From contig OZ240241.1 of NCBI GenBank assembly GCA_965198115.1, positions 6,752,001-6,816,000 on the forward strand: a stretch of 64,000 nucleotides of DNA. Direction: 5' to 3'. The stretch comes from Candidatus Latescibacterota bacterium (GTDB lineage: Bacteria > Latescibacterota > UBA2968). Below the pieces are notes generated by a model. It was not told the origin of the DNA and did not search any database. It saw only the letters and a list, made by a program, of their open reading frames with translations. Positions within the stretch are counted from its first letter, which is position 1. Each line of letters starts with the position of its first letter. Positions 51,413 through 62,442 of the stretch are shown here, piece by piece. A program made the position numbers and the translations under genes.

Positions 51413-53128
51413 ATGAACGATCCCATTCAATTCGAAGTCATACGGAATGCTCTTGTCGAGACGACCGAGGAGATGTCCGTGGCCCTGCGGCGCAGCGCCT
51501 ACTCCACAAATATCAAGACGCGCTGCGACTACTCCTGTGCCCTCTTCGACAAAGATCTGAACGTGCTCGCCCAGTGCTTCGCCCAGGCGAATCACCTCGG
51601 ATCCATGGTCAGGATGGTTCCGATGGCGGTACGCGACTACGGTGCCGAAAACCTCGGCCCCGGCGACACGATCGTCATGAACGACCCCTACCTCGGCGGC
51701 GTTCACCTCAATGATATCTTCGTGATCTCGCCCGTTTACCACAGGGGGGAGATCTGTGGCTACGTCTCCAACCTCGCGCACCACGTCGACGTTGGGGGAG
51801 GTGCGCCTGCGAGTGTCGGCGCGTTCCGTGAAGTCTTTCAGGAGGGCATCATCATCCCACCGGTCAAGCTCGCCGTCGATGGCGAGATCAATAACGATGT
51901 GTTCCGCCTCATTCTTGGCCAGATCCGTTCGAAGCGCGAGACCGCCGGCGACTTCAGGGCCCAGATCGCCGCGAACAACACGGGCGCGCGTCGCTTTGTC
52001 AACTTGCTCGAGCGCTACGGATTCGAAACCGTCAACGAATACACGGATCGCCTGATCGACTATTCGGATCGACTCACACGCACGGAGGTTGCCAAACTCC
52101 CTCGTGGGGAATACTCCGCGGAAGGCGTTATCGACAATGATGGCTTCACCCAGGACCCCGTGAAGCTCGTCGCCCGAATCGTAATCGACGACGAGGGGAT
52201 CCTCTTCGACTTCAGAGGCTGCGACATCCAGCGGCCCGCACCGGTGAACTCCACATACTCCATGACGTATGCGGCGGCCGCGTACGTGCTCCGATGCGTT
52301 ATCGACATCGACGTACCGATCAATGCGGGATTCTACAGGTCCGTGCGGCTCCTCACGACTGAAGGAACCGTGGTACACTGCACCCCGCCCGCCCCTGTCG
52401 TCGGTGGATGGGAGACCCATACCCGTCTCGTCGAGGTCATCTTCAAAGCGTTGTCACAGGCGATTCCGGAACGGGTTCCTGCCGGAACCAAAGGGATGAT
52501 CTGCCATTCCGGCTTCGGGGGAATCGACTCCGCGAGCGGCGAATACTACTGCTTCCTCGAAACCATGGGCGGCGGATACGGAGGACGCTTCAGCAGCGAC
52601 GGGCCAGATGCCGTACAGACTCATGGACAGAACACCGAGAACGCGCCGATCGAAGAAACCGAAATGAACTATCCCGTTCGGATCGTGCGCTACGAACTCG
52701 TGGAGAACAGCGAAGGTCCGGGGAGGTTCCGCGGCGGTCTGGGGCTGCGACGCGACTACGAGTTCTTAAGCGGTGAAACAAGCTTCACCATTCTCTCAGA
52801 CAGAAATCGATGGGGACCGTCTGGACTGTTCGGAGGAATGGACGGCCGGAGAGCCAGCTACGTTCTCGAAACCGGAGGGGAAGTGAGGGAGGTCGGTTCG
52901 AAGGTGACACTGAACCTTCAGCCGGGGGAGATTGTCAGCTACCGGACCTGCGGGGGAGGCGGGTTCGGTCCTCCTGAGGAAAGGGATCCGGATCTCGTCC
53001 TCAAGGACGTGCGCGAGGGCAAGGTCAGCTTGTCTCGGGCGAGTGACATCTATCGCGTAGCTATCGACCCGGAGAGCTGGACCGTGGATGCAGCGGAGAC
53101 TGCGAGACTACGAGAAAATGCAAGCTAG
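51413..53128 (+). CDS. hyuB: Hydantoinase B / 5-oxoprolinase subunit
   Basis: S.YS.NI, NDPYLGGVHLND, HHVDVGG, GPGRFRGG, GGGGFG. Confidence 0.92.
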   Translation: MNDPIQFEVIRNALVETTEEMSVALRRSAYSTNIKTRCDYSCALFDKDLNVLAQCFAQANHLGSMVRMVPMAVRDYGAENLGPGDTIVMNDPYLGGVHLNDIFVISPVYHRGEICGYVSNLAHHVDVGGGAPASVGAFREVFQEGIIIPPVKLAVDGEINNDVFRLILGQIRSKRETAGDFRAQIAANNTGARRFVNLLERYGFETVNEYTDRLIDYSDRLTRTEVAKLPRGEYSAEGVIDNDGFTQDPVKLVARIVIDDEGILFDFRGCDIQRPAPVNSTYSMTYAAAAYVLRCVIDIDVPINAGFYRSVRLLTTEGTVVHCTPPAPVVGGWETHTRLVEVIFKALSQAIPERVPAGTKGMICHSGFGGIDSASGEYYCFLETMGGGYGGRFSSDGPDAVQTHGQNTENAPIEETEMNYPVRIVRYELVENSEGPGRFRGGLGLRRDYEFLSGETSFTILSDRNRWGPSGLFGGMDGRRASYVLETGGEVREVGSKVTLNLQPGEIVSYRTCGGGGFGPPEERDPDLVLKDVREGKVSLSRASDIYRVAIDPESWTVDAAETARLRENAS

Positions 53129-53286
53129 CGTGAACCTACGCCTCCAGGTTGGCAGCAGAAAACAAGGTCGGCGAGAAGTCGCTGACGTGTGGCCTAAAAC
53201 ACCGTCACACTGAGCAGAAGCCTGCCCCGAACGAATGTGAGGGGAAGTGTCGGTCATAGAGAATCGCAATCAGAAACTCACACACC

Positions 53287-55377
53287 ATGACACATAGACT
53301 GGGTGTCGACATCGGCGGCACGTTCACCGATGCAATCCTGATCGACGAGTCCACTGGCGACGTCCGAATCGCGAAGGTCCCCTCGACTCCCGACGACCCG
53401 TCCCGAGGCTTCCTGAAAGCAGTGACTCGCATCCTGAAGGAAGCGGAGGTCGCGCCCGAACATCTCAGCTACGTCGTGCACGCGACGACCGTGGCCACGA
53501 ATTCCATCATCGAACACAAGCTCGCCCCAACTGGCTTCCTGGCTACGGACGGCTTTCGGGATCTTTTAGAGATTCAGAGACAAATCAGGGCGGCCTTGTA
53601 CGACGTCCACTTCAAGAAGCCGGTTCCCCTTGTTCCGCGTAACGTGTGCTTCGGCGTTCCCGAGCGTCTCGACGCTCGTGGTCAGGTCATCAAGCCCCTG
53701 GATGAAGGCGCCGTCCGGCGGATTGCAAAACAGCTGCGGGAAGCCGGTGTTGAGTCCGTGGCCGTCTGCCTCCTTCACGCCTACATCAATCCAACTCACG
53801 AAAAGAGGGTGGGAGAAATCCTCCGTGAAACCTTTCCGGAAGACGCTATCTCGCTCTCATCCGACGTCGCCCCTGACTTCCGCGAATATTTTCGCGCCAG
53901 CACGACGGTGATCAACGCGGGAATTCGGCCCATCGTAGGTCGCTACCTGGAACGGATCGAGTCCCGGCTCAGTGAGATGGGCGTAACTGCGTCCCTTCTT
54001 CTTATGCAAAGCAGCGGAGGCGTCTACACGTCCGAAACGGGAACGGAGCAGCCCGTATTCATGGTCGAGTCGGGACCTGCGGCTGGTGTCATCGCGGCCA
54101 GTTATCTCGGAAGTCAGCTCGGAAAAACGGACCTTCTGTCCTTCGACATGGGTGGCACGACGGCGAAAGCAGGTCTGATCCAGGACGGCGTTCCGCACAT
54201 CACGAAAGAGTATGAGGTCGGGGCTGCCGCAACCGCGAGCGATCACGGAGGGAAGGGCGGAGGCTATCCGCTGCGGACTCCGGTGATCGACCTCGTCGAG
54301 ATTGGCGCCGGTGGGGGCTCCATCGCCTGGGTGGACGGCGGAGACATTCTCCGTGTCGGTCCCCAGAGCGCGGGCGCTGACCCGGGCCCCGTCTGTTATG
54401 GGGCTGGTGGGACGGAGCCGACGATCACGGACGCGAACCTGGTTCTCGGTCGAATCGACGCCGATTACTTCTTGGGTGGCGAGATCTCGCTGGATGTCGA
54501 TGCCGCCCGTTCCTCCATCGAGGAAAGATGCGGTCATCCTCTGGGCATGGAGGTCGTTGACGTCGCTCACGGCATCGTCGAAATCGCCAATGCCGCGATG
54601 GCAGGTGCCCTACGCAGGATATCGATTCAGCGCGGGTTCGACCCGAGGGACTTTTCGCTCGTCGCTTTCGGGGGGGCCGGACCGCTCCACGCGAATCGAT
54701 TGGCGGCGGAACTCGACATCCCCACGGTTATCGTGCCCAGAAGCCCGGGTACCTTTTCCGCGATGGGGCTGCTTGCCACGGATCTGAAACACGAATACAC
54801 CGCTACCTCGATCGAGCGACTTGAACACCTGGACCCCAAGGTCCTGGCTTCCACTTTCGAACGCCTCAGCCAGCAGGGACACAGTGCGTTGGAGCAAGAT
54901 CGTGTTTCGGCCAACGACATGCGCTTCGAGAAATTTCTCGATCTCAGGTATGTCGGGCAAAGCTACGAGCTAGCCATCTCTGTCCACGATGAGGAATTCT
55001 CATCGAGTGAACTGACCCGACTCGCCGACGCGTTTCACGCTGAGCACAGGAGGGTCTACGGGTTCAACGCCCTGGGTGAACCGATCGAGGTCGTGAATCT
55101 GCGTCTTTCCGCTATTGGCGACATCTCCAAACCCGGCTTGCGCGAAATTCAGCCGGGAGGCGATCTGAAAGATGCGAAGAAGTCCGAGAGAGAGGTCTAT
55201 TTTGCGGAAAAGGGCACCTATGTGACGACGCCCATATTCGATCGATATAAACTCGGATCGGACTCCTGTATTAAGGGGCCCGCAATCGTGGAGGAGATGG
55301 ACTCCACCACCTTGATACATCCCGAGTACGCGGTACGGGTCGATCCGTTCGGCAACATTCTGATTCAGGGTAAGTAA
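53287..55377 (+). CDS. hyuA: Hydantoinase A / 5-oxoprolinase ATP-binding subunit
   Basis: DIGGTFTD, TTVATN, ESGPAAG, DMGGTT, GAGGGS, SAGADPGP. Confidence 0.93.
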   Translation: MTHRLGVDIGGTFTDAILIDESTGDVRIAKVPSTPDDPSRGFLKAVTRILKEAEVAPEHLSYVVHATTVATNSIIEHKLAPTGFLATDGFRDLLEIQRQIRAALYDVHFKKPVPLVPRNVCFGVPERLDARGQVIKPLDEGAVRRIAKQLREAGVESVAVCLLHAYINPTHEKRVGEILRETFPEDAISLSSDVAPDFREYFRASTTVINAGIRPIVGRYLERIESRLSEMGVTASLLLMQSSGGVYTSETGTEQPVFMVESGPAAGVIAASYLGSQLGKTDLLSFDMGGTTAKAGLIQDGVPHITKEYEVGAAATASDHGGKGGGYPLRTPVIDLVEIGAGGGSIAWVDGGDILRVGPQSAGADPGPVCYGAGGTEPTITDANLVLGRIDADYFLGGEISLDVDAARSSIEERCGHPLGMEVVDVAHGIVEIANAAMAGALRRISIQRGFDPRDFSLVAFGGAGPLHANRLAAELDIPTVIVPRSPGTFSAMGLLATDLKHEYTATSIERLEHLDPKVLASTFERLSQQGHSALEQDRVSANDMRFEKFLDLRYVGQSYELAISVHDEEFSSSELTRLADAFHAEHRRVYGFNALGEPIEVVNLRLSAIGDISKPGLREIQPGGDLKDAKKSEREVYFAEKGTYVTTPIFDRYKLGSDSCIKGPAIVEEMDSTTLIHPEYAVRVDPFGNILIQGK

Positions 55378-55483
55378 CCGACTAACTACAACGTGCTATG
55401 ATGGCGAGCAAACCAGACAAGCAGAAGACCCGGAAGACGCCGACCCCAGGTCGCTTCTGCTGCCTATGCTCTACTCAGACTGA

Positions 55484-56242
55484 ATGGACGAAATCGTGGA
55501 TATCCTGGACTACCGAAACTCGTTTGTAATCTATACGTCTGCCCGCGATGGTGTTGAAACCAACACTTGCCGGATTCTTGTGGAGGCGACGTGCACGCTG
55601 GTGGATGAGGGAAGCGGCGAATCGCGTGCGTTTTATCTGGGGAGGGAGTGCATCGGCGAGTACATCTACGAGGAAAGGATCGCCCAAGAGCCGACGTCCG
55701 AGGTTGCGATCATCTTCTGCGACGGGCCCACGGCGCTCATCAAGAAGTTCGCCAGCTGCGAGCGTGACGTCATCCAGATCGCCGACATAGGCCAGAAACG
55801 CCAGAGCTTCGACGGCAGCTTCGCTCACTGGACAGACCTGAAGTATCTGTTTCGAAACACAAGTGCTCGCCAACTTGCCGATGCAAAGGAGATCATCGCC
55901 GCCACCGTCGATGGTGAAACGATGGTTGGACGTACGATGCTGCCCGGGCCGAACGGTGGGACGACGGCGATCCTGGAATACCCAATCTCTTACATGAATG
56001 TGCACCCACCGATCGACGGGTTTCAGGTCGATGTCGGGCCAATCCTGCTGCCGAGATTGGACTCGGACGAGGAGCCGTCGGTTTCTCGTATGCAGCTGGC
56101 GTATGTCATGTACAACAACCTGGAGAGCGTTGAGTTTGCGGTGCGCGTTCCGACGCTGATCGACGCATCGGTCACGACGCAACACTACTCGAAGGTCGTC
56201 AGCGTGGCCGCCAGGACGGAGATCTTTGCACTTGGGAGTTGA
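55484..56242 (+). CDS. Hypothetical protein
   Basis: 252-aa ORF with protein-like composition; no motif recognised. Confidence 0.65.
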   Translation: MDEIVDILDYRNSFVIYTSARDGVETNTCRILVEATCTLVDEGSGESRAFYLGRECIGEYIYEERIAQEPTSEVAIIFCDGPTALIKKFASCERDVIQIADIGQKRQSFDGSFAHWTDLKYLFRNTSARQLADAKEIIAATVDGETMVGRTMLPGPNGGTTAILEYPISYMNVHPPIDGFQVDVGPILLPRLDSDEEPSVSRMQLAYVMYNNLESVEFAVRVPTLIDASVTTQHYSKVVSVAARTEIFALGS

Positions 56243-56367
56243 GGCTCTGCGGCGTCGGGGCCTCGTCGAACAAGCGGTTTGTCGGGATCTCCGAATCGAT
56301 CGTCTGCGGTCTAGATCCGAACGGCAGGAGTTCGCCAGCGCGAGCCGAAGAAGCCGGAGTACCCCGC

Positions 56368-57135
56368 TTATCCCAAGAAATCGAGGAGGAAGCGCGTGGC
56401 GTCGAGTCGAGACACTTGTGACGGCGAGTGCCCGGGTGAGTTCACGACGTGGAGCTCGCTCAGTAACGTGTTCTTCGGCGAGACCTGACGCTGGTTCTCA
56501 AACAGCTTCGCTGCGAACCGCACGCACGCTTCGGTTCCCACGATGTCATCCTTGCTGCCGACACTGAGATAGACAGCCGTGTTGGCCAGCTGATCCATCC
56601 AGTTGTCGATCCTCAGCGGTCCGGTCTTCCCACGAGGGCACGATTGGGTCATCTCTTCGGGGATGCCCCAATCCGTGACGGGTGAACAGCCCGCAACGGC
56701 GCCGACACGCGCATCGGCGGCGGCGAGACGGAGAAGGCAGTAGCCGGCGCGCGAGACCCCGTAGGAGACGGTCTTTCCGTTGGCCGCGATACCACGTTGC
56801 TGACACGCGTCGAGGACTGCGACGCCGTCCGAGACGAACTGCTCGAACCTATCCACGCCGGCCATGTAGGCAGCCCCCATTCCAAGGATGCCCTCTCCGT
56901 ATTCGTCGACGCGTTCGCCATGACACGGCAGGTCGAAGCTGACGACGTGATGCCCGGCGTCGAGGAAGATCGGCGTGGGATGGTTTTGCGTTTCGTCGTG
57001 GAGGGCGTGTTCGGCCGTCGCGCTGATGTTCATCAGCAGACCGGACGCGTCGGTCTCTTTCGCGGCGTCAGGTGAAGCCAGCGTGACCTTGACGCGTTCG
57101 CCGTTCGAGTCGACGAGAAATTCTTCCAGGTTCAT
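56368..57135 (-). CDS. Alpha/beta-hydrolase-fold protein
   Basis: FDLPCHG, GVSRAG nucleophile elbow, G.KDD.V, GH. Confidence 0.8.
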   Translation of the reverse strand: MNLEEFLVDSNGERVKVTLASPDAAKETDASGLLMNISATAEHALHDETQNHPTPIFLDAGHHVVSFDLPCHGERVDEYGEGILGMGAAYMAGVDRFEQFVSDGVAVLDACQQRGIAANGKTVSYGVSRAGYCLLRLAAADARVGAVAGCSPVTDWGIPEEMTQSCPRGKTGPLRIDNWMDQLANTAVYLSVGSKDDIVGTEACVRFAAKLFENQRQVSPKNTLLSELHVVNSPGHSPSQVSRLDATRFLLDFLG

Positions 57136-57145
57136 GAACGGTCCG

Positions 57146-58158
57146 TCATTCGAAGTTGAGCGGGAGGATCCACGAAACGATCCGGCCGATGTCGTAGGTG
57201 TCGAGGGGATGGAGTACACAGTCCTCGTCGATGTGGTACGTGGTCAGCTTCCCTGTGTCATCGCTACCCGCGTAAAAGAACGTGCCATCCGGATCGATGC
57301 CCACCGGCCGAGGACACGCTTCGGCCGGCACGTGTCCCCGTGAAGTCAGGCGCCCTGTGTCGGGGTTGATTTCGAACATGGCGATCGAATCGTGTCCTCG
57401 ATTGGGGACGTACACCATTCGTCCCGATGGATGAACCCTGACCGACGCCGTGCTGTTCGTTCCCGTGAAATTCGCGGGCAGCGTTGAGAGCGACTGGATT
57501 CGATCCAGCGTGCCGGCTGGGTTTAAACGATAGGCATCGATGCATGACGCCTGTTCGGCGTTGAAATAAACGACGTCCAGGTGAGGATGGAAGGCAAAGT
57601 GTCGCGGACCGTGCTCCGGCTCGGTGGCCAGCCTGGGGACCGCGTGGGGCTCGAGTCGGCCTGTAGCCTCGTCGAATTGAAACTGATAAATCGCGTCGCT
57701 GCCCGAGACGTGAGGTACGTAGACGAAACGGTTGGACGGGTCGGCCTGGATTGAATGCGCGTAGAGCTCGGTGAGCTGACGGTGGGAGGGCGGCTCGCCT
57801 ACAGCACCGTCAGCCCCGGTCGGGTGGACCGTGATGAATCCCGGGATGAGGCCGGCGGCAAAGATGAATCGCCCGGTGCGGTCCGTGCTGACGTAGCATG
57901 CGGCGGCTTCGAGCTGAACTTCGCCGGTCTGAGACAGGTCCGCCGTTTCCGGATCGATGTGGAAGCTCGCAATCCCGCTGTAATTTGGTCCCTGAGCTGC
58001 TGATACAGGCATCGCTGATTGGGATCCGCACAGACCTGCCACGGTTCATGCTGTGTTCGCGTTTCGCGGATGAGCTCCAGCTTGCCGGAATCCGGATGCA
58101 TCTGGTAGGTCAGGAATCGGCGGTCGTAGTTGACAGGGATGTAGACGATATGTCGCAC
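57146..58158 (-). CDS. pgl: 6-phosphogluconolactonase / 7-bladed lactonase (frameshift near 57985)
   Basis: AHSI..DPSNRF, GPRHF.FHP, HPSGR..Y..NRGHDSIA, PR..IDPDG. Confidence 0.88.
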
Positions 58159-58360
58159 TTGATCCTTGAAAATGTGAGAATGGAATATGTGAAAGTTGAG
58201 GTCTTACTCATCGGGGCCCGAGTTCGGCCCTGATGATGTGTCTCCACCACCTTATCGCCTCGATTTTCTGTTGCTCTTGGCAGTCAGAATAGTGTCATAT
58301 CTCACCAGCCAAAAGATCGACTGTGGCTATCGCCTCATGAATCGCAGTCTGGAGGAAACG

Positions 58361-58813
58361 ATGATCAAGGATTCTGTCCAGAATATCAGTCTCTACGCGG
58401 GACTTTCTGGGGGTCTTTCGCAGGCGTTGAGCTACCTGGCGTCGGTAAGCGCCGACGGGTTCAAAGAGGAGACGGTAGAGATCTCCGGCAAGGACGTTTA
58501 CGCCATGCACCAGGTCTACGCAACCGAATCGGAGGAAGGACGTCTCTACGAGAACCACAAAGTCTACATCGACGTTCAGTTCGTGCTGGAGGGGGCCGAG
58601 ACGATCCGCGTTACGGATGTTCGCGATTTGAATCCAACGACGGACTACGTGACGGACTCGGATGCCAGGCTCTACGAGCTCGACGACGGCACGGACGTGA
58701 AGCTCGGCGCCGGCGACTTCGTGATTCTCTATCCCCACGATGCGCACGTTCCGAAGCTGATGACTGGATCGCCCGATGACGTGAAGAAAATCGTGGTGAA
58801 GGTGAAGATCTAG
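58361..58813 (+). CDS. YhcH/YjgK/YiaL (NanQ-like) family protein
   Basis: E.HK.YIDVQ, G.E.I, YP.DAH.P, KKIVVKV. Confidence 0.92.
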   Translation: MIKDSVQNISLYAGLSGGLSQALSYLASVSADGFKEETVEISGKDVYAMHQVYATESEEGRLYENHKVYIDVQFVLEGAETIRVTDVRDLNPTTDYVTDSDARLYELDDGTDVKLGAGDFVILYPHDAHVPKLMTGSPDDVKKIVVKVKI

Positions 58814-58875
58814 CTGATGGTTCCCGTCGTATTTCCCGTCCATCTGCATCGCCGATGTATTTGAAGGAGACTTCC

Positions 58876-60094
58876 ATGTCTTCCGTCGACCGGGATCGTT
58901 TCCTCAAAGAAGGCTATCTGATCGTCAAAGAGGCCGTGCCGCGCGGTAAACTTGAGCAAGTCCGTGCGGCCTACGAGGTGCTCGTCGATCGCCAACGGGA
59001 GATTTGGAAGGCCGAACGAGGCCCGGACGACCCGTCGGGAGACCAATGGGAGACGGCCAGGCAGCCTCGGCTGAACCTGACTACACCACCGTTGGTTGAC
59101 CGGCTCGATCCGGAAACGGCACCCGCTGTGGAGGTCTGGCTCGAGGAAAACATCCGGGGAGTGAGTTCGGCGCTCCTGGGCGAACCGACCGCAGCTGTCA
59201 CGCAAATGATGATGATGTGCAGCCCGGTCAGGGATCACGGACCTGCGCAGTGGCACCGCGACCTTCATCCGATCGATACGGCGCCGCTGCAGGGGTACAT
59301 CGATGACATCCTGGAGGCGGGGCCGCGTTACGTTCAGTGGAATATTCCCCTTTACGACGACAGCGTCCTGTGGGTCGTACCCGGGAGTCACATTCGTCTC
59401 AACACGCCCGAAGAGAACGAAGTGATGGGTGCGGATCCACGTCAGCCTCTCCCCGGCGGCGTTCAGACGCATCTAGAGGCAGGCGACGGTGTTATCTACA
59501 TTCTTCCGATCCTGCATTGGGGAAGCAACTATTCCACCGCGCTCAGGCGCACCGTTCACGGGGGGGGTTTCAACGCACACAGGCATTGATGAACTCTCGT
59601 TCGCCCAGCACCTGTCACAGGACACGGCCGACACGTTCGAGGGTTTTGTCCAGCAGAGCACTGACATGCGGCAGCACACGGAGTCTGCGTTGAAAGCCGT
59701 GATCGCGGGCGACGGTGCGTACAAAGAGGCGCTAGACAGGCTTCATCCCAATAGGGGCGAGAAGGGGCGGATCCTGTCGACTGTTTTTCTCTGCAAGGCC
59801 GCATTGTCGATCAGGCTGACGAAGGAGCCTCCGTTTCCCGAGATTCCTGAGGATCTGGATCGACGGATTCGGGGCCCGCACCCCATCACGCTCAACTGGG
59901 GGTCCGCGTTCGGGGATCGGTTTACGGCGTCTGAGGCAGACACGCTGTGGGAACGGTTCGGGCCGTTGGATGCGCTGCTCCGGACAGGTGAGGAACAGTT
60001 CGTGCCCGGATTCCAGTCAGGGCCGATGATCTATCATTTCAACGATATGCCGTCGAACTATGCGACCTCCGATTTCATAGCAAGTTGGAGTTGA
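58876..60094 (+). CDS. PhyH-like dioxygenase with a C-terminal extension (frameshift in the G run near 59563)
   Basis: FLKEGYLIV, WHRD, VVPGSH, LHWG; collinear with the downstream paralog. Confidence 0.88.
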
Positions 60095-60161
60095 GTTGAG
60101 ATCAGGCTGCCATTGACGATCGAGACGATGTTGTCAGATCTACAGCTGAAAGGAGAACCCA

Positions 60162-61391
60162 GTGACGTCCGTCGACCGTGATCAGTTTCTCGAGGAAGGC
60201 TATCTGATTGTCCGGAATGCCATACCGGGCGACAAGCTCGAACGTATTCGCCAGTCTTACGAAACGCTCGTCGAAAGGCAGGTGGAGATCTGGAGGAGCG
60301 CGGATCCAGCGAAGAACATGTGGGATACCCACAAACAGCCGCGCATTGGCCTGACACAGCCATCTCTGGCACGCCACATCGATGAGAAGCTGGCGCCGGC
60401 CGTGGAGGTCTGGTTCGAGGAGAATATCAGAGGCGTAAGCACTGAGTTGCTCGATGAGCCCGATGCGGCCGTGGCCGGGATGATGATGATGTGCAATCCG
60501 GTCAGAGACCACGGACCGTCAGGGTGGCATCGGGACCTGCACCCGATCGATACGGCTCCCCTGCAGGCCTACATCGACGACATCGTCGAGACGGGCCCAC
60601 GTTATGTGCAGTGGAACATTCCCCTGTATGATGACAGCGTGCTCTATGTCATTCCTCGCAGCCATCTCCGCCACAACACGGAAGAAGAAACCGAAATCCT
60701 GACGGCGGATCACAGCCAGCCTCTACCGGGCGCCATCCAGACACATCTCGAGGCGGGCGATGGCGTGGTTTACTGTTCTCCCCCGATTCTTCATTGGGGC
60801 AGCAACTACTCGACGCTACGTCGGCGAACGCTTCACGGTGGGTTTTCGACGTACACACAACACGAGGATCTTTCGTTCACACAGCACCTGTCGCAAGATC
60901 AGGCTGATGCCTTTGAAAGATGGGGGCGTCGGAGCGACACGATGCGAAAGCATACGGAAACGGCGCTGCGTGCTGTGATCAATGTCGATGGGGATGCCTA
61001 CGAGGAAGCGATCGGAAAGCTCCACCCTCGCAGGGGCGAGAAGGGTAAGCTTCTTACGACTGTGTTCCTATGCAAAGCAGCGATTGCGATCGGGTTGACC
61101 AAAGAACCGCCGTTTCCAGAGATTCCGGAGGAGATGGAGGAACGGATCCAGGGCGCGCACGCGACATCGTTCAACTGGGGGGACGATTTCGCCAATCGAT
61201 TCACGACCGAAGAGGCCAAAACGTTGTGGCAGCGGTTCGAACCCCTTGATGCGCAGCTTCAGATGGAAGAGGAGCATTTCGTACCGGGTTTTCAACAACG
61301 AACCCCGATGCGCTATCACTTCAATGACATGCCGGAAAACTTTGCGACGGCTGATTTCATCGCGAGCTGGAATTCGACGGAAACCAGATAG
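60162..61391 (+). CDS. PhyH-like dioxygenase with a C-terminal extension, tandem paralog
   Basis: FLEEGYLIV, WHRD, VIPRSH, LHWG. Confidence 0.9.
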   Translation: MTSVDRDQFLEEGYLIVRNAIPGDKLERIRQSYETLVERQVEIWRSADPAKNMWDTHKQPRIGLTQPSLARHIDEKLAPAVEVWFEENIRGVSTELLDEPDAAVAGMMMMCNPVRDHGPSGWHRDLHPIDTAPLQAYIDDIVETGPRYVQWNIPLYDDSVLYVIPRSHLRHNTEEETEILTADHSQPLPGAIQTHLEAGDGVVYCSPPILHWGSNYSTLRRRTLHGGFSTYTQHEDLSFTQHLSQDQADAFERWGRRSDTMRKHTETALRAVINVDGDAYEEAIGKLHPRRGEKGKLLTTVFLCKAAIAIGLTKEPPFPEIPEEMEERIQGAHATSFNWGDDFANRFTTEEAKTLWQRFEPLDAQLQMEEEHFVPGFQQRTPMRYHFNDMPENFATADFIASWNSTETR

Positions 61392-61432
61392 GAATCGCAT
61401 CCCTTAAAGTTTGTCGAATGCTTCACAACCTC

Positions 61433-61460
61433 GTAGGGCCACGGCGTGCCGTGGCCCTAC
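61433..61460. repeat. GTAG-type REP palindrome
   Basis: GTAGGGCCACGGCGTGCCGTGGCCCTAC. Confidence 0.85.
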
Positions 61461-61479
61461 TCTACGTACACGGATGTCT

Positions 61480-62388
61480 TCAGGCGTAGCCGTCGGGAGA
61501 CTTGCTTCGCCAAGCGGGCTGATAGCCCTTGGGGGCCTCAAAGCCATAGCGGGGCGCGATGTCGTTGTCGTTCCGCTTGGGCCAACACTGACCGCCGATC
61601 AGACGAACTTCGTCCGGTTTGCCGCACAGCCAGTAGAAGATGTGCGCCACGTAGCGAGCCAAGTTATGACCGCCGTAGTCAGCCGTGTGCGGGTCGAAGT
61701 CGGGTTCGAGCACCCAGTCCCGCTCCGGAGGGACGGTGCGCCAATAGCTGTATTTGAGCATGTGCCGGGTGCCGGCTGCCGTCGACCGGCCACGGCGATG
61801 GAGGATGCTCTGGTGATGGATGCCCACTGTCCCTGCAGGACCATCCGAGAGGACACCGCTCTCCGGCGGGTTGTCCCGGCTGTCGCTTATGTGTGTCGAC
61901 GGCGCGATCTCTGACGGGCCAAACTCAGGCGGCGTATCCTGCGGGAAGTAGAAGACTTCGACGAAGTTGAGCTCCGGTCCGAACACGTGATCGGCGTCGT
62001 GGTGCCAGCCTTGCGCCTCTTGCGGGCATTCGCATCGGTGGTCGCTGACGAGTACAGGCAGACCGACGTTCCGGCCCAGAAGCGATCGAATCGCGCCCGA
62101 TACCTGCGGGTTGAGGAGCACGTGCTCGATGAACCAGTCCTCGAGGAGGATCGTGCTCGGCGCGTGGGTGGCCCTGATGCGCTCGAGAACCTCGTTCGTC
62201 ATTCCTTCCGGAATCCACGAGGGATTGGCCGGGAGCCTGCCTTCGAGGTAATCGCACGTGCGATCGTTGATCTCATCAGGCACGACACCGCGCAAAAGCA
62301 AGTGCCCTTCTCGGCAGAACTCAACGACCTGCGAATCGGTGAGGGTGGGCTCGCAGTCGAAGGTCCAATGTCGAGGGCCGTACTTCAT
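61480..62388 (-). CDS. PhyH-like dioxygenase
   Basis: FCREGHL, WHHD, GPSEI.PSTH, PAGT..ILHR. Confidence 0.85.
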   Translation of the reverse strand: MKYGPRHWTFDCEPTLTDSQVVEFCREGHLLLRGVVPDEINDRTCDYLEGRLPANPSWIPEGMTNEVLERIRATHAPSTILLEDWFIEHVLLNPQVSGAIRSLLGRNVGLPVLVSDHRCECPQEAQGWHHDADHVFGPELNFVEVFYFPQDTPPEFGPSEIAPSTHISDSRDNPPESGVLSDGPAGTVGIHHQSILHRRGRSTAAGTRHMLKYSYWRTVPPERDWVLEPDFDPHTADYGGHNLARYVAHIFYWLCGKPDEVRLIGGQCWPKRNDNDIAPRYGFEAPKGYQPAWRSKSPDGYA

Positions 62389-62442
62389 GAGGGAAGGCTG
62401 ATCTGGAAATGTCCGACGATCATATAGAGTAATCGGTTGCGG

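Noticed and set aside
53129-53286. Riboswitch between hyuB and hyuA
   Set aside because: No recognisable aptamer consensus or convincing stems.
1080-59570. Mass pseudogenisation or programmed frameshifting of host genes
   Set aside because: Most breaks are single-base indels in short homopolymers with intact motifs on both sides, typical of long-read error. This cannot be settled without reads.
33313-62388. Fe/2OG halogenases among the PhyH-like genes
   Set aside because: All keep an acidic ligand (HxD or HxE); none shows the HxA/G halogenase signature.
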